Position numbers and translations under genes: made by a program. A DNA stretch of 64,000 nucleotides from Callorhinchus milii (Eukaryota). Shown piece after piece: positions 24,741 to 37,620 of the stretch. The stretch is taken from contig NW_024704745.1 of the NCBI RefSeq assembly GCF_018977255.1, forward strand, positions 53,320,001 to 53,384,000. Direction: 5' to 3'. The notes under the pieces were generated by a model that had not been told where the DNA came from, ran no database searches, and was given only the letters and a program-made list of their open reading frames with translations. Positions within the stretch are counted from its first letter, which is position 1. Each line of letters starts with the position of its first letter.

Positions 24741-27700
24741 ACATTTGTTATGAAATGTATCTGGAGACATTGGCGAAAAGCAGAACAATGCAGGGTGATC
24801 TTTACCGATAAGCTCTCCGTGTTTGGTGGATTGCAGATCTATGCTGTGGCCAGCAAACCCCATGTGGTGATGGATTGCTTCTTGAAAAGTTGGTGATGAG
24901 CTGTTGGCTGCTGAAATCTGCAGTTGCTCAGAAAGCTCCAAGGAGACTCCACTTACCTTCCCCCCCTCACCCTCACCCTCCCCGGAGGATGGTCTGATAC
25001 TTGTCTTCAGAAGCAAGTGATCCATGACAGCAGATTGTGGTGGTTCTCTTTCGTCCCCTGATGGTTACAGTCTTTGATCCATTGTTTTTGAGCTGCTGGC
25101 TTCATCTGTGTGCAACACCATTCAACTTGCACCCACAGAAATATAAACTTTACAGTATATTGTGTGAAGAGCTTTGAGGCGTCTTTGAAGATGTGATAAG
25201 GTGCTATATCAAATGTAATGATTATTATTATTATCGTAACTTAACATAGAAATATTTTGAGCACTGGAGAAATTCTTTCAGCCTATCAAGTCTGAGCCAC
25301 TGTTGCCTGTTTTACCAAATCACACTCTTTATATTAATCACCTTTTATGCATACTGCAGTGATTTTTTAACTGCCCTGGTGTTTATCCAGTTCTCAATAG
25401 CGAACAAAAGAGAAAAATATGTCAATTTTTAAACAAAACTAATTTGCTTACAACACTAACTGACCCCAGATCAGAGAGTTATGAGCAACTGATTATTAAA
25501 ATTTACATTCCTACTCTGGGAAGCCAGTTCAGTTGCACTATGCTTTGCAAAATATTATCCTGTGCTTTACTAACTCCAATAACAGGACTACGCGAAACAA
25601 CATCAAATCTAATCACATTCACTGTTCAGATCAAGAGAATATTTAAAACCACCATTTCCTCTTCTTTAAAGTTTTTAAAAATATTTTTAATTCTGTACAA
25701 TATATTTATCCACTGTACAATCACTGCTGATAAATACCATCGCAGTCTTATTCCGAGAGAGAAAAAAATTACTTTTGAAGGGAAAGTGATTTTCATTGAG
25801 TCTGTCATGTATGGAATATATTGATAACTCTGAAAATGTCTATGTAATAAAGAGGACAATAGTTTACTGACTGAAACAACACTGTTTTACACTGTGGCCT
25901 AGAATGGATCAAGATTAGCCTTTTTCTATTTTATTTCAAAATAATTAATTAGATATTCAGAGGTCCTTATATCAGCTTTTACAGTTTTTCCGATGTGAGA
26001 GTGTATTCCACCTTTCCCTATCTTGCACATCCTTGAGACTCCAATTTTCCATTGGTCTACTCTTGTGTGTGTGTGTGTGTGTGTGCACACAACTATTGAG
26101 TTTCTTTGCCTAAATATATTCCCCCAAGCCTGGATATTATCTGTTTATGTATGAGTATGACTGTATTTCTTTGTGTATATATTTGCTCCTAAGCCTTGGT
26201 GTGTGTGCATGTATATGTGTATAGGTAAATTGTTGGCCTGGCCAACATTGCCCCAGATAAAATTGGTCCCAGACTTCATTGCTGTTTGAGGGATATTACT
26301 GAATGCACACCAGCTGCCAAGTTTGTCTACAAAACACAGCCACTACACTTTACAGTAAAATCCTGTGAAGCACTCTCAGCTTGTCTCTTTTTCCATGATT
26401 GTTGCCATACTATTTACTCAATGGGGTGGCAATATCTGTTAATATAATGCTCAAAACAATCAATATTGAATTTTGATTTATCACTAATTGTCAGTGTTTG
26501 AATCACTTTCAAACAGCAGTGACAATCTGGACCCCTGACAATTCTCCCATTTTAAAGTCCTTTTGTCTCATTTACAAACAAAGTAAATTTATAAAGAGTG
26601 CACACCAAGCAGAAAAGGCTGAATGCTGTGCTACTTTAAATGTAAAAAAAATTGCAGGTCATACTAAGAATTGAAAGCCACTGGCGTTTGCATAGATCCA
26701 AGCGTTGGGTGGACTGTTGTAAATTATTCAAACACAGATGCAGACACCTGTAACAAGGCATTCAACGCGCCTCTAATTGGACCGTAGCTTTTGCTTGTCT
26801 TGTTCATCAACTGAAGCACAATTTGATCAATTTCTTCATTCATTCCCATTCAAGTTATAACCAATCTGTTGTTTGGTACTCATGGCCAACCATGGGTGAC
26901 AGCTGGAACAATGTGATAACATTAATAACGATAGTAATCCTTGCATTTGATATAGATCCTTATCGCGTCGTTGAGACATCTCAACATGCTTCACTGGATA
27001 TACTGTGAAGTGGATCAATGTGCTTTTAAATTTTGACCTATAGGCACTTTAATAAATGTATATTATCAATATCATCAGTGGAGCTGCAGCAATTTCTTAC
27101 CATTCCCCAGTCAAAGGCCAACTGCAGCCTTACTCAGTGTCTCTTTTGATGACGTACAGGAGATTTTGTACCAGATATTTAAAGCCTTTTCTCCCACACT
27201 AAAGTCAGCCTCCTTGTCTGTTACCTTCTTTCTTGATCGAGTCCCCTGGCCAGAGCTTGGGACCGTTGGTGGCAGAGCCAAGGATAGCCCTCTTAGGTAA
27301 ATTGGGAGTTATGCTACGTGTACATCAGTCTATCTATTTGATATTGAACTGGTTTTATGACTGCTGTGATGCATGCTGTATGAGGAAGTAGTGTGTCAAT
27401 TGTGTGTGTCCCTGAGATTAATATAGAGCCAAGATTGGCAATAAAAGTTGGCAAATGACAGAGCGTTACAGAAGTTAGCTTGTTAAATACAGGGTTGCTC
27501 CAGCACCTGAAATTTAGTATAAATACAATAAGCAGCGTATCATTGTATCTTTGTGGAATTTTTAAGACTGAAACAGAATCAAACTGCAAGCACCATAGAG
27601 ATCGGTGGTGGAATCTTGGTGACTTTGTACATATACTCAGCTCTGCACTTTTACCCCAGCCAGGCTGATGCATTTCACTTACATTTTTAAAAAAATGCTC

Positions 27701-28289
27701 TTTGACAGTTGTGAACCGTGACTGCTGGTCAAAGGTAAGAAAGGGAAATTGTGATCCAGTGGGGCCCTGATATTAGCATGGCCGACAGAATTGAAGAAAT
27801 GTTGCAAAGAGATTAAAGGATTATCTGGCTAGTCAGGGTTATTCACATGCTAATGTTTTTGCGGGGCTAATGACCGAGCCCCATGCCCACCTCCTCGAGG
27901 TGAATGGATGTGCTGGGAGTTTGTTTGCATATTAGAATAAAGGCTCGTTATGCTGCCAAGCAGCGTATTTCAAAAGGAAACAGTGTATCGTGAAGACGAC
28001 GCAATTCTTTATTAATTATGTGTGTAAATTAATCCAAGATGGTTTGAATTCCAAATCAAAGTACATCAAGATATATTGAGACTGGATGAATCACAATATG
28101 AATTGGTATAATTCAATTAGGATAAAACAATAATTGGATTATAATAATATGATTATGATAATCCAGTAGAAGCGGTTCAAAATGACAAGGTGAGGGATCA
28201 GGTGGTCTCTCCCGTAGACAGGTGGTCCCTAACTGAGCTTTGAGGAAGAAGAGGCTTTATTGGTTCACTGTGACTGACATTATGAAAAT

Positions 28290-28717
28290 AACAATGTGCT
28301 TGCATTTGATATAGTGCCTTATCACATCGCTAACAAAGTGCTCCCAGGATTTTACTGTGAAGTGCAGTGACTCTGTATTTTGTGGTAACATAGAAGCCAA
28401 TTTGCTCACTGCAATGTCCCACAAACAGCCAGGAAGTGATTGACCAATTTTATTTGGGGAATTGTTGGTGAGAACGCCGGGAGAAACTTCCTTCTCTTTT
28501 TGAATTGTGACACTGGATCTTTAAAGCCCACCTGAATAGGCCGACAGGACCTCAGTTTAACGTCTCATCCGATGGATGATACCTCCAAAAATGCAGCTCA
28601 CTCCCAGTACCGCATAGGAGTGTCAGCCTAGACTATGAGAACAAAGTCCTGATGTGGGGGTTTGAATCCATGACCCTCTGACTCAGAGGAGAGAGTAGCT
28701 ACCAGCCAGGCTGGCAC
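28290..28717 (-). mobile_element. Deu-domain SINE (SacSINE1-like), family B, full length
   Basis: tRNA-like head, Deu-like core (reverse complement of ggatgagacgttaaactgaggtcc...aaagatcc), and the same 3' tail as family A. Confidence 0.8.
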
Positions 28718-29379
28718 TCTGATTGGTGACCTGAAGACAGGTGGCTGGTGTGTGAAGCAGTTTTCGCTGTAAATGATGCTAGTGCTGTGTGATAAGAGAC
28801 TGTTTATGTGCTTTCTGTTTACTGGCAATTACACAATGTTGGTTAAGGATTTTCACGTGCAATTACATGCTTTGCTGTAACATACAAGGGAAGCAGCTGA
28901 GGAAACGCAAGCAAAAGAGTAAGTGTGTCAACAGTGTGGCAGCCAGAGGTATCCTGGGACGAAGCTGTGCAATAAACCTATGAGTTTCTGGAACAACTTC
29001 CTTTAAGGAGATAACAAGCTTGTTTATTATTCCTTAATTAGTTGTTTCACATCTTGTTAACCAGATTGCGTTGATAAAGTAAAACCATTCCGTGCAGGCG
29101 TCTTATTATGTCATACTCACAAGTGATAGTGTGTCTTATCATACTTTAGAAATACACTGGAAAAATGAATGGATAAAATAGTGTTTTTAAATCTTTGTTC
29201 TTCAATCAGTCTGAATGCCCTGGTATTGGGTATCTGTGGGAGAAGAGGGGTGGGTTGGAAATGGCCTAATGCCCTCTTTTAGCTGGTTATTAGGAGGTGT
29301 GAGATGGTGCACAGGCTGGACTGCACTGTTCAATTCTCTCCACTTGCCCTGAGCAATGCTGCGTCACCCTCTCCCTGAT

Positions 29380-29480
29380 AAGGGAGCCCAGCTGCCCTGC
29401 GTGAAGGGAGCCCAGCTGCCCTGCGTGAAGGGAGCCCAGCTGCCCTGCGAAAAGGGAGCCAAGCTGCCTTGCATGAAGGG
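29380..29480 (+). repeat. 24-bp minisatellite x4 (aagggagcccagctgccctgcgtg)
   Basis: Directly visible. It runs into an L2/SINE-type tail end (gaagggtgttatagaaatgcaagttgttg). Confidence 0.9.
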
Positions 29481-29549
29481 TGTTATAGAAATGCAAGTTG
29501 TTGTTTTGTTGATATGAGCTTTACTGCAGTACAGCATTTGAAAATTTTA

Positions 29550-29715
29550 TATGTGTGCCTGTGTGTGTGTATATATGGGCGCGTGCCTGTGTAGGCATGT
29601 ATCTGTGTGTATGTGTACCTATATATATAATCCAGTGCATGTTTGTGTGTGTGTCTGTGTGCCTGTAATGTGTGTGCAGTATGTGTTTGTTTGTGTGCCT
29701 CTGTGTGAGCGTGCC
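29550..29715. repeat. Degenerate (TG)n/(TA)n microsatellite
   Basis: Directly visible. Confidence 0.85.
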
Positions 29716-31189
29716 TCTATGTCCCTCCAAAATCAAAAAAAATAATAAATTGGTCATTGTCAATCCACAACTATTTGTGGGACACTGCTGTGCACAATTG
29801 GCTGCCGTGTTTCGCCCACAAATATACGGTCAATTCACTTTACAGTCTATTCTGTGAAGCGCTTTGAGACGTCGAGAAGATGTAAAATCAAATGTATATC
29901 AAATGCAAGGATTATTATTATTACGTTGTCTATACCTGTGTGTGTTGTGAGAAGGTGGACAATAATGTTTCACGTTCTACATACTCCCTTTCCTAGGCCT
30001 GATGCTGTGTTTAATTTCACCAGACACTCAGACTGTTGCTGGAGCTAAGAGCTCCTTAAAGTTTAAATTGTCAGAGTGTTGCATGAGGCGAGAGCAACCA
30101 GCGGCTACATGAACAAAGTGGAGTTGCTCCACGGGACTCCTCTCCATCTCTGAGATATGCTGCCTTGACACAAAGGAGCACAGCGTGGAGGGCAGTGTGT
30201 GACATATAGACTACAGTAATGGATAGCTTGGAGGGAGATACAAGCCAGCAACACAAAGCCATTAGAGCAAAGCTCCAACACTTCAAACAAGTCATGTGAA
30301 CCCCTGAGGTTATGTTACTGCTGTTAACTCCCTCCTGGGCAATGTATTACTGTTCCTTAATGACACCTTCCACACAAATTCTATTTTGAATAGTTTCATT
30401 CGTAAATTTCTGGAGCAGAATTTACAATTATTCTTGGTTACATGGAGGGGAGGTAGAACTCTGCCTTGTGCTTCATGAGTTGACACAGATTGTCATGGAA
30501 TGAATAGATATTACAGGCCTCTGTGATGTAAGCAAATGCACCATTTTGCTGAGCCCACTGGTTAAAAGAATTCCTGCAAATACACAGTCACTTCATTTCA
30601 CAGTAAATCCTGTGAAGTGTTTTGAGACGTGCTTCCGGCGTGACCAAATACAAGCATTATTTGTATCATTATTATAGTATTGGAGACAGATTGGGTCTGC
30701 AAATTCAAAAGGGAATTTGATAGCTATTTGGTGTTGAGTTCCAGTGAGAGGTGTGAGAGCTAGAGCAGTGTATAAGTGCTTTGAGACGTTCTTTTATGTG
30801 GAAGGCACTAAATAAATGTGAGTTGCTGTTGTACAGTACATCATATTTTTCCACTGGGACCTGCCAGATGGTTGCAATAGTCTTTTCTGGTCCTTTACAA
30901 TCATTATATTTGGTTATTTTGCTCTGTTGCTGTGCCTGATTCATTTGTTTTGGTCCAAGAGCTGGCTGTTCACGTCATTGAACCCTTTCCAGTTCTTACC
31001 TGCTCATTGCCCAAAAAGAGTCAAAAGTGTCGACGGCATGTGTTTCAGTTTGGTGGTGTGGGAGGTTGTAGGTGTTGATTGTAAATAAAATCTGATGAAG
31101 TTTACAATAAGAACATTCCCAATAACAGACCTAGTGATCCACTATTAAACAGTTGGAGATCCCAGAAAAAGACTTTGAGATGCTCGTCT

Positions 31190-31545
31190 AGGCTGACACC
31201 TAGACACCACATCAGTGCTGTATTGGGGGAGTGCTGCATTGTTAGAAATACTGTCTTTCAGATGAGATGTTGAACTGAGGTCCCGTCTAACTGCTGTGGA
31301 CTTTAAAGATCCCATGGCACTATTTGAAAAGAGAAGGCAGTTCCTCCCAGTGCCCTGGCAAACAGATTGATGCTTCACTTCATGGCTATTTGAGTGCTTT
31401 GCGTAAATGGGCTGGCCCTTCCGCCTGCAAAATGCACATTACATAGACTTTACAGTTAAAATCACGTGATGGGCTTTGAAATATCTTGATGATGTGAGAA
31501 GGTTGTGTATCAAATGCAAGGATTATTATTATAACTATTACTATT
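31190..31545 (+). mobile_element. Deu-domain SINE family B, headless
   Basis: gggagtgctgcatt...tctttcagatgagatgttgaactgaggtccc...aaagatcccatggcactatttgaaaagagaagg. Confidence 0.8.
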
Positions 31546-32065
31546 AATACCAGATTAATCATTAATTAATAATTTTGCCCTGACACGTTTCACCCACAAA
31601 ATACACAGTCAATTCACTTTACTGTATATTCTGTGAAGCGCTTTGAGACGTCTAGAAGACATGAAAAGCACTATAAAAAATGCAAGGACTATCCTTATTT
31701 TTATTATTATTAAATACCTGCACTTTTGACTGACCAATCCAAGCTGATGGTTTAATACTCAGCAGGTCTCAGAAGAAAATAGGTGGGTCAACATCGACGG
31801 ATGATGTTGTTTACAATCCTTCAGTGTGTGTTTGTGTGTGTGTGTGGGGTGGGGGGTGGGGAGGGTGGTGATGGTCTGCACCAGCCTCTGGTGACATAGG
31901 TCTGTGATCAACCTCCAGCTTGTCACCAGGGAGAGAATGGTGAGTGGTACAAACAGGAACTAGAGAAAGGGATGGAACGATTAACATGAAAAGTGGAGGA
32001 AGAATGGGAATGGTAAATAAATAACCACAGAGTCTGGCTGCCATTTCCCCTTTCACTCTTATTAA

Positions 32066-32427
32066 ATAATAATCCTTGCGTTTCATATAGTGCCTTAATC
32101 ATGTCTTCAAGGCGTCTCAAAGCGCTTCACAGAATGTACTGTAAAGTGAATTGACTGTGTATTTTGTGGGCGAAACGTGGCAGCCAATCGCGCACAGCAG
32201 TGTCCCACAAACAGTCGTGGATTGAAGTGACCAATTTATTATTATTATTTATTTTGAGGAATTATTACCCCCGGAAAAACGATCTGCCAATCGACTAACA
32301 GCCGTGTTCCTACTTACTGCTAGGTAAACAAAGGCGTGTGGAGTATAGAACATTTCGCCCTGCTGGAATTGAACCCAGGTCTCTCGCTTGCGAAGCGAGT
32401 GCTCTCACCACTGAGCTACAGGACCCC
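32066..32427 (-). mobile_element. SINE family A, full length
   Basis: Reverse complement of the family A consensus. Confidence 0.88.
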
Positions 32428-32529
32428 AATAGAGCCAGAAAAGGAAGGATAACAGGACTAAACAAATAGCCACATAGAGGCGCGATGGGCCAAATGGCCT
32501 CCTATGCTTTAAATTTGATGTAAAAAAAA

Positions 32530-33152
32530 TTTGGCTGCTCTTGGTTCAGTTGATAGCACTTTCCTCTCTATGTTTAAAGTTTCTGGATTTGAACCTGGTC
32601 AATACTTGAGCCTGCTGTTTGAGCTTTCACTTCAGTGCAGTGCTCGGGAATCCTGCATTATAGGAGATGGTGTCTTTCAGATCAGACATTTCAGAAGCTC
32701 CTCTCTGCCTGTTTAGGTGGCGTTAAACATAATGTGGCACTATTTTCAAAAAGAATGGAATTTCTCCTGATCTTCTGGCCAACAATCCTGATAAAATTGG
32801 TCAATCATTTTATTGCTGTGTGCATTTGTCTAAGCAGTCACTGCACTTAAGTTTGCGCCATTATAAATGCTATGTTAAGGCAAGGATTATAATAATAATC
32901 CTTGCATTTGATTTAGCGTCTTATCATGTCATGGAGAAGTCTCAAATTCACTTCACAGGATATACTCTAAAGTGGATTGACTGTATTTTGCAGGTGAAAC
33001 ACAGCATTTAATTTGCAGGTGGCAATGTCCCACAAAACCCCATGGGGTGGGTGACCATTTTTTTATTAGGGGGATTTGTTGGCCACGACACCAGTGAAAA
33101 CTCCCTTGTCTTTTCAAATAGTGCCATGAGATCTTTAACATCCACCTGAACA
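32530..33152. mobile_element. Tail-to-tail pair of family B SINEs (+ 32530-32890, - 32890-33152)
   Basis: caaggattat|aataataatccttg junction with mirror-image Deu cores. Confidence 0.75.
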
Positions 33153-34488
33153 TACATGCATTGTTATTATTATTGCTCTTATGCTGAACCAGATCCATTG
33201 CATGATTAACGTACTGGTGCTGTGGTTTTGAACAGGCATCGTCGTCAGTGGATAATTGGTAGAATAACATCATATAAATAGTGGGTTGTTTTTGGCAACG
33301 TCACTGCTGCACTGCCTCGGGTTGGATCCCTAGGTCTGGCTGTATTCCGACTTTGCTGACTCCAGTTTAATGGGCAGAACTGCTGCAGTATCCAGAGAAA
33401 TCGATGCACATCACCATATGCTGGACAAACTGCCAGATTACCCAGTGGCCCAAGTCTGCAGCTGTCCCTCTCGGGCATATCTTGTGGTATCGGGAGTGAA
33501 TTTCATTGTGTGTAGCCAGGTGAAACTGGGTCTATAAAGCTGAGCGTTGCAGTTTTCTCTAAAGTTTATAATGTCACTTTGATGACTACCCTGACATGGC
33601 AAATGCTTTGGACATGCGAATATCAGAGGAGATTGGTATGCTGCCACTAAGACGGGGACTGCCACTTTGGGTACAGCAGACGGGGCATTGTTTAATAAAA
33701 TTGATCATCGCTTCATGACTGTTGATAGGACATTGCTGCAAATTGGTTGCTGCACTCGCCTACAAAATACACATTCACTTCACTTAACAGTAAGTCCAGT
33801 AAGCACTCTATCAAATGCAAGGAGGATGATGACAAATATTATTATTAATTATTATTTACAATTATTAATAATTACGATTAGTAATAATGTCTAGTTACCA
33901 GGGGAAAGTGTAGAACTGAATAATGAATGGAGTCCAGCCCCTGACTGGTCATCTGCAGGTAAAGCCTCCTCTCTGCACACAGCAGTGATGGGGCGTGTAA
34001 CTGATGACCCCAGCTGGAATTCCTCCTCTGCACACACAGCGTTTGGCGAAACATTATATCAGCACCAGTAAAATATCCAGTGTCACCACTAAAGAACTCT
34101 GACCTCAGTAGATTTAAAAGCACCACACATCTAATTTCAAAACTACTTATGATTTTCTGTATTTGTGTGTGGAAGCATGTTTCTTCTCACCTGCAGCCTG
34201 ACCCCATTTCCCAGCCAGTACTGTGTGCTGTATGATAGTTAGCTTCCTGTCATATCTTGTTTCTCCAGCTAACTTGAGGCTGGAAGGATGGTGCATTGCA
34301 TTTATGCACTGGTTCTCATTATGTAGAGATCCCTATTGTCGTTGTGAAAAATTTCAAGATTTTCATCCCATGTGAAAGGAGCTGTGTAAGTGCAGGTTTT
34401 AGTTATATTACATTTAATGCGAAAAATGAATGCACATGTCTCAAATTTAACATTTAACCTCTTATCTCCTGCTTCCATGGAAAGCCTT

Positions 34489-34860
34489 TGTGGAGTCCCA
34501 TAGCACAGTGGTTAGTGTGCTCGCCTCACATGCAAGAAGACCCAGGTTCATTTCCAGGGCAGGGTGAAACCTTAGGCAAGTTTCCTTACTACACATGCCT
34601 CTGTTTACCTAGCAGTAAGTAGGAACCGGTGGATAGTCGATTGGTGGATCACTTTCCAGGGATAGTAATCCCTCCCCCCAAAAATTGTTCATTCAATCCA
34701 TGACTGTTTGTGGGACATTGCTGTGCACAATTGGCTGCCACCTCTTGTCTATAAAATATACAATCAATTCACTTTACAATATATTCTGTGAAATGCTTTG
34801 AGATGCCTGAATGATGTGATAAAATGCTATATCAAATGAAAGGATTATTACTATTATTAC
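34489..34860 (+). mobile_element. SINE family A, full length
   Basis: Colinear with 54503-54872. Confidence 0.88.
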
Positions 34861-35169
34861 TTTTACCAGCCATCTGAATAGCTAGCCGTAGAAAATTCAA
34901 AGAACAGAGGTGTCCCACCTGAAGGAAAGCATCTCTGACAATGTAGCTTTCCCCCAGATGTTGCACTGAAGTGACAGCTTGGATTGTCAGCTCAAAGTCC
35001 CAACATGGGGTTTAAACCCACAACCATCTGAATTAGAGGTGAACATGCTTCCGACTGAACCAGCCTGACACCCAGTTAGCCATCAGTGCTCAAAGGAATA
35101 GCAATAACAACAGCCACAAATTGCATTTATATAGTGATGCCCTTAATGGTTGATAGCTTGCCAGCATTC

Positions 35170-36738
35170 CAACAACAACAACAAGATTCGATTTATTTAG
35201 CGCCTTTCACGTCGGGAGGACGTCCCAAGGCGCTGTACAGTTGGGTCAGGACCTGAGCAAGGGGGAAATGGTCAGGGTGAGGGGAGGGAAGGGAGGGAGC
35301 GAGGAGGGGGTAGAGAGTCGAGAGGGGAGCTGAAGGCACGGTCAAAGAGAAAGGTCTTGAGACCGGCCTTGAAGGAGGAAAGGGAGGAGGCGGCGAAGGC
35401 ACTGGGGGATAGAGTTCCAGAGCCTCGGGGCTGAGAGGCTGAAGGCCCGGCCACCGATAGTAGGGCGGTTGGGGCGGGGGATGTGGAGCAGACCGGAGCC
35501 AGAGGAACGGAGGGTACGGGCAGGTAGGTAGGGGGATAGTAGGTCGGAGAGGTAGGAGGGAGCAAGGCCGTGAATGGCCTTGTAGGTGAGGATCTTGAAT
35601 TCGATCCTCTGGGGGATGGGGAGCCAGTGGAGGCGAGCGAGGGTGGGAGTGATGTGGTCGCGAAGCCTGGTGCGGGACAGTACACGAGCTGCAGAGTTCT
35701 GAATGACCTGCAGCTTGTGGAGGGAGGTGGCGGGAAGGCCGGCGAGGAGAGAGTTCCCATAGTCCAGCCTTGAGGTGATAAAGGCGTGGACCAGAGTTTC
35801 AGCAGCGTGAGGGGTGAGGTAGTGCCGTAGTCTGGCGACATTCCGCAGGTGATGGAAGGCGGTGCCAGTTGTGGCGCGGATATGGGGGAGAAAGGAACCC
35901 CGAGGTTCCTGACTGGCTTTGAGAGGTAGAGAGTGCAGCCTTGGATGCTGATGCTGTCAGCGCCTGAGGTGCGGAGGCGCTGACGCGAGCCAATCAGGAG
36001 GGCCTCAGTTTTGCGCACGTTGAGCTGGAGAAAGTTATCTCTCGTCCAGGACTCGATGTCGGACAGGCAGGCTGTCAGGACATCGGTGGTCGTGGAGTTG
36101 AGGGTAGAGGAGGAAAGGTAGAGTTGGGTGTCATCCGCATACATGTGGAAGTTAACCCCATGTCTGCGGATGATGTCACCAAGGGGGAGCATGTAGAGGG
36201 TGAAGAGGAGGGGACCGAGGACAGAGCCTTGAGGGACACCGCACGAGACAGTGCGGGGGCCGGAGGAAAAACCATTTGTGGAGACAAAGTGAAGACGGTG
36301 GGAGAGGTACGACCTAAACCACTCAAGGACAGGGCCTTGAAGGTTGAGGTGGGAGGACAAGCGGTGGAGTAGGATAGCATGGTCGACCGTATCGAATGCT
36401 GCCGATAGGTCGAGGAGGACGAGGAGGCAGAGGGAGCCCTGGTCACAGATGGTCAGGATGTCATTGGTGACCTTGACCAGGGCAGTTTCTGTGCTATGGG
36501 CAGTACGGAAACCCGATTGAAGGGGTTCGAATAGTGAATGGTTGGAGAGGAAAGAGCGCAGCTGGGAGGCGACAACTCGTTCCAGGACCTTGGATAGGAA
36601 GGGGAGGTTGGAGATGGGCCGGAGCTTGATAGCTGCGACGCATCAAAGGAGGGTTTTTTTAAGGTGGGAGTGATGGTGGCAGTTTTTAAGGGAATGGGAA
36701 TAGAGCCAGAGGAGAGGGACAGGTTGACGATGTCTGTG
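35170..36738 (-). mobile_element. Young 5'-truncated L2-clade LINE with frameshifted reverse transcriptase domain
   Basis: Minus-strand translation contains [36 protein letters not shown] and YADDTQLY. CpGs are retained, and the 3' stem-loop is followed by a (TTG)n tail. It splits an older repeat, with ATTC at both junctions. Confidence 0.95.
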
Positions 36739-36926
36739 ATTCACCATCTAGGCTCTGTGGCGAAGGACTTCTTGAAGAGGTACTGGAGGTTTGCCAACTC
36801 CTTTGGACTCACCTCAACTCCAACAAGTCATTGTCTCCAGGAGAGGCAGGGCAAGAATGGATGGGCAGCAAATAGAAAACAAATTTTCTAACAATTCAGT
36901 GTAGCCTCACACCACCATAAATTCAC

Positions 36927-37245
36927 AATAATAATAATAATCCTTGCATTTGATATAGCGCTTTTCACGTCGAGAGGATGTCCCAAAGCGCTTCACAGAA
37001 CACACTGTAAAGTGAATTGACTGTATATTTGTGGGCGAATGCGGCAGCCAATTGCGCACAGCAATGTCCCACAAACAGTCGTAGATTGAAAATGGCCAAT
37101 TTATTATTGTTTTTGGTTTTGGAGGGATTATTAGTAGGTGTGTGGAGTAAGGAAACTTGCCCAAGGTTTCGCCCTGCCTGGAATTGAACTCAGGTCTCTC
37201 ACTTGCAAAGCGAGTGCTCTAACCCACTGAGCTACAGGACTCCAC
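36927..37245 (-). mobile_element. SINE family A, young internally deleted subfamily
   Basis: tRNA head and tail are present, but the cctctgtttacctagcagtaagtagg block is missing. Near-identical to 43268-43485. Confidence 0.88.
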
Positions 37246-37374
37246 AATGGGAATACATAAGTTGGGTTAATAGTTCATCTTCAAAATCTGTGGATTGGTT
37301 TAACTGTGGGCAAACTTAGATGTTTTTAAATATTAACAGTCAATGAAAAGTATTGTAGGTGGTTGTTAATGACT

Positions 37375-37620
37375 AAGCCTGGCTTAGTGGGTAGCCCTCT
37401 TGCTTCTGAGTCAGAAGATTGCGGGTTCACATCACAACTTTGAGCTCACAGTCTAAGATGACACTCCAATGGGTGTCGTGTCCTGGGAGAGTGCTCCTTT
37501 GTCAGATGTGCCACTGTTCAGATATGAAACATTAAACTGAGGTCCCATCTGCCTGTTCGGGTGAACGTTAAAGATCCCACTGCACTATTCGAAGGGAGTT
37601 TCTCCTGCTGGTGTGTTCTC
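37375..37620 (+). mobile_element. Family B SINE 5' half
   Basis: Head agcctggcttagtgggtagc..tctgagtcagaag followed by the Deu core. Confidence 0.75.

Noticed and set aside
29380-29480. Regular 24-bp repeats as a possible CRISPR-like array
   Set aside because: Head-to-tail units with no spacers, in a vertebrate context. It is a minisatellite.
31715-31810. Possible second Penelope remnant (aatactcagcaggtc) on the minus strand
   Set aside because: Too short and degenerate to support.
35272-36360. 362-aa ORF with reverse transcriptase motifs
   Set aside because: A frameshifted, 5'-truncated L2 retrotransposon, not a host gene or a novel RT system.
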